From positions 265,670,001 through 265,734,000 of the forward strand of contig OZ024741.1 of NCBI GenBank assembly GCA_964016885.1: a DNA stretch of 64,000 nt, given 5' to 3'. The DNA comes from Eledone cirrhosa. Taxonomy: Eukaryota. A program made the position numbers and the translations under genes. Below the pieces are notes generated by a model that saw only the letters and a list, made by a program, of their open reading frames with translations, did no database searches and had not been told where the DNA came from. Numbering within the stretch: position 1 is the first letter of the stretch; each line of letters opens with the position of its first letter. Shown here piece after piece: positions 62,390 through 64,000 of this stretch.

Positions 62390-63062
62390 ACCACCATCTC
62401 CACCAACGCCCCATTGTCACCAATAGCACCACTACCACCTCAACCACCACCATCTCCACCGACGCCCCATTGTCACCAATAGCACCACTACCACCTCAAC
62501 CACCACCATCTCCACCGACGCCCCATTGTCACCAATAGCACCACTACCACCTCAACCACCACCATCTCCACCAACGCCCCATTGTCACCAATAACACCAC
62601 TACCACCTCAACCACCACCATCTCCACCGACGCCCCATTGTCACCAATAGCACCACTACCACCTCAACCACCACCATCTCCACCGACGCCCCATTGTCAC
62701 CAATAGCACCACTACCACCTCAACCACCACCATCTCCACCGACGCTCCATTGTCACCAATAGCACCACTACCACCTCAACCACCACCATCTCCACCGACG
62801 CCCCATTGTCACCAATAGCACCACTACCACCTCAACCACCACCATCTCCACCGACGCCCCATTGTCACCAATAGCACCACTACCACCTCAACCACCACCA
62901 TCTCCACCGACGCCCCATTGTCACCAATAGCACCACTACCACCTCAACCACCACCATCTCCACCGACGCCCCATTGTCACCAATAGCACCACTACCACCT
63001 CAACCACCACCATCTCCACCGACGCCCCATTGTCACCAATAGCACCACTACCACCTCAACCA
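62390..63062. repeat. Minisatellite, 56-bp unit, ~12 copies
   Basis: acgccccattgtcaccaatagcaccactaccacctcaacc recurs at 62406, 62462 and onward. Confidence 0.9.
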
Positions 63063-63534
63063 CCAACACCACCACCACCAACACTAACATCACCACCGCA
63101 ACACACCACCACCACCAACACCCCCACAACACAACACCACCACCACCACAACACACCACCACCACCACCACCACCACCACCACCACCACCACCACCACAC
63201 AACACAACCACCACCACAACACACCACCACCACCACCACCACCACCACCACCACCACCAACATCCCCACACCACAACACCACCACAACACCACCACCACC
63301 ACCACACCACCACCACCACCATCTCCACCGACACCCCAATATCACCAATAGTACCACAACTACCAACAACTACCAACAACACCACCACCACACAACACCA
63401 CCACCACCACCACCACCGCCGCCACCATTGTCACCACTACCACTGTCAACAACAACAACAACATCAACAGTTGTCATTCTAAAAAACCAGTACCAATATT
63501 TGACAATCAAAGGTAAGACGACCGTTTAAGTTAT

Positions 63535-63960
63535 ACACACACACACACACACATTTATGTATATATGCATACATATACACACACACACACACACACATTT
63601 ATGTATATATACATACATATACACACACACACACTCACATTTATGTATATATACATACATATACACACACACACACACACATTTATGTATATATACATAC
63701 ATATACACACACACACACACACATTTATGTATATATACATACATACACACACACACACACATTTATGTATATATACATACATATACACACACACACACAC
63801 ACACATTTATGTATATATACATACATATACACACACACACACACACATTTATGTATATATACATACATATACACACACACACACACACATTTATGTATAT
63901 ATACATACATATACACATACACACACACACATTTATGTATATATACATACATATACACAT

Positions 63961-63972
<12 letters not shown>
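63535..63972. repeat. Tandem ~40-bp unit catttatgtatatatacatacatata(ca)n
   Basis: About 10 copies are visible. Confidence 0.9.
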
Positions 63973-63992
<20 letters not shown>

Positions 63993-64000
63993 GTGTGTGT

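Noticed and set aside
60673-63060. His/Pro/Thr-rich CDS
   Set aside because: The 71- and 56-bp units are not multiples of three, so the translation cycles through frames.

Overview
Repeat-dense, microsatellite-rich eukaryotic DNA, most likely intergenic or intronic sequence from an octopod cephalopod. The species is inferred from the SINE family, the microsatellite load and the mix of transposable elements. No host protein-coding gene can be supported, and most long ORFs are translations of simple repeats. Recognisable elements are a near-full-length R4/Dong RLE retrotransposon in a (TAA)n tract, an internally deleted Neptune-type Penelope-like element (PLE), a deleted mariner, a non-autonomous Helitron, CRE, RTE and Tx1-like fragments, and many tRNA-derived SINE copies. 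The main finding is a set of at least six unrelated short non-coding families, mostly inserted in (TA)n tracts, each carrying a type I hammerhead ribozyme fold or half of one. Several folds have non-standard features: a family-wide CAGAAGA core, a U-U pair opening stem II, and branched stem II extensions. Many copies have perfect fold-back hairpins at their 5' ends. These look like non-autonomous, retrozyme-like elements mobilised by PLE machinery. All ribozyme folds were paired by eye and are untested.
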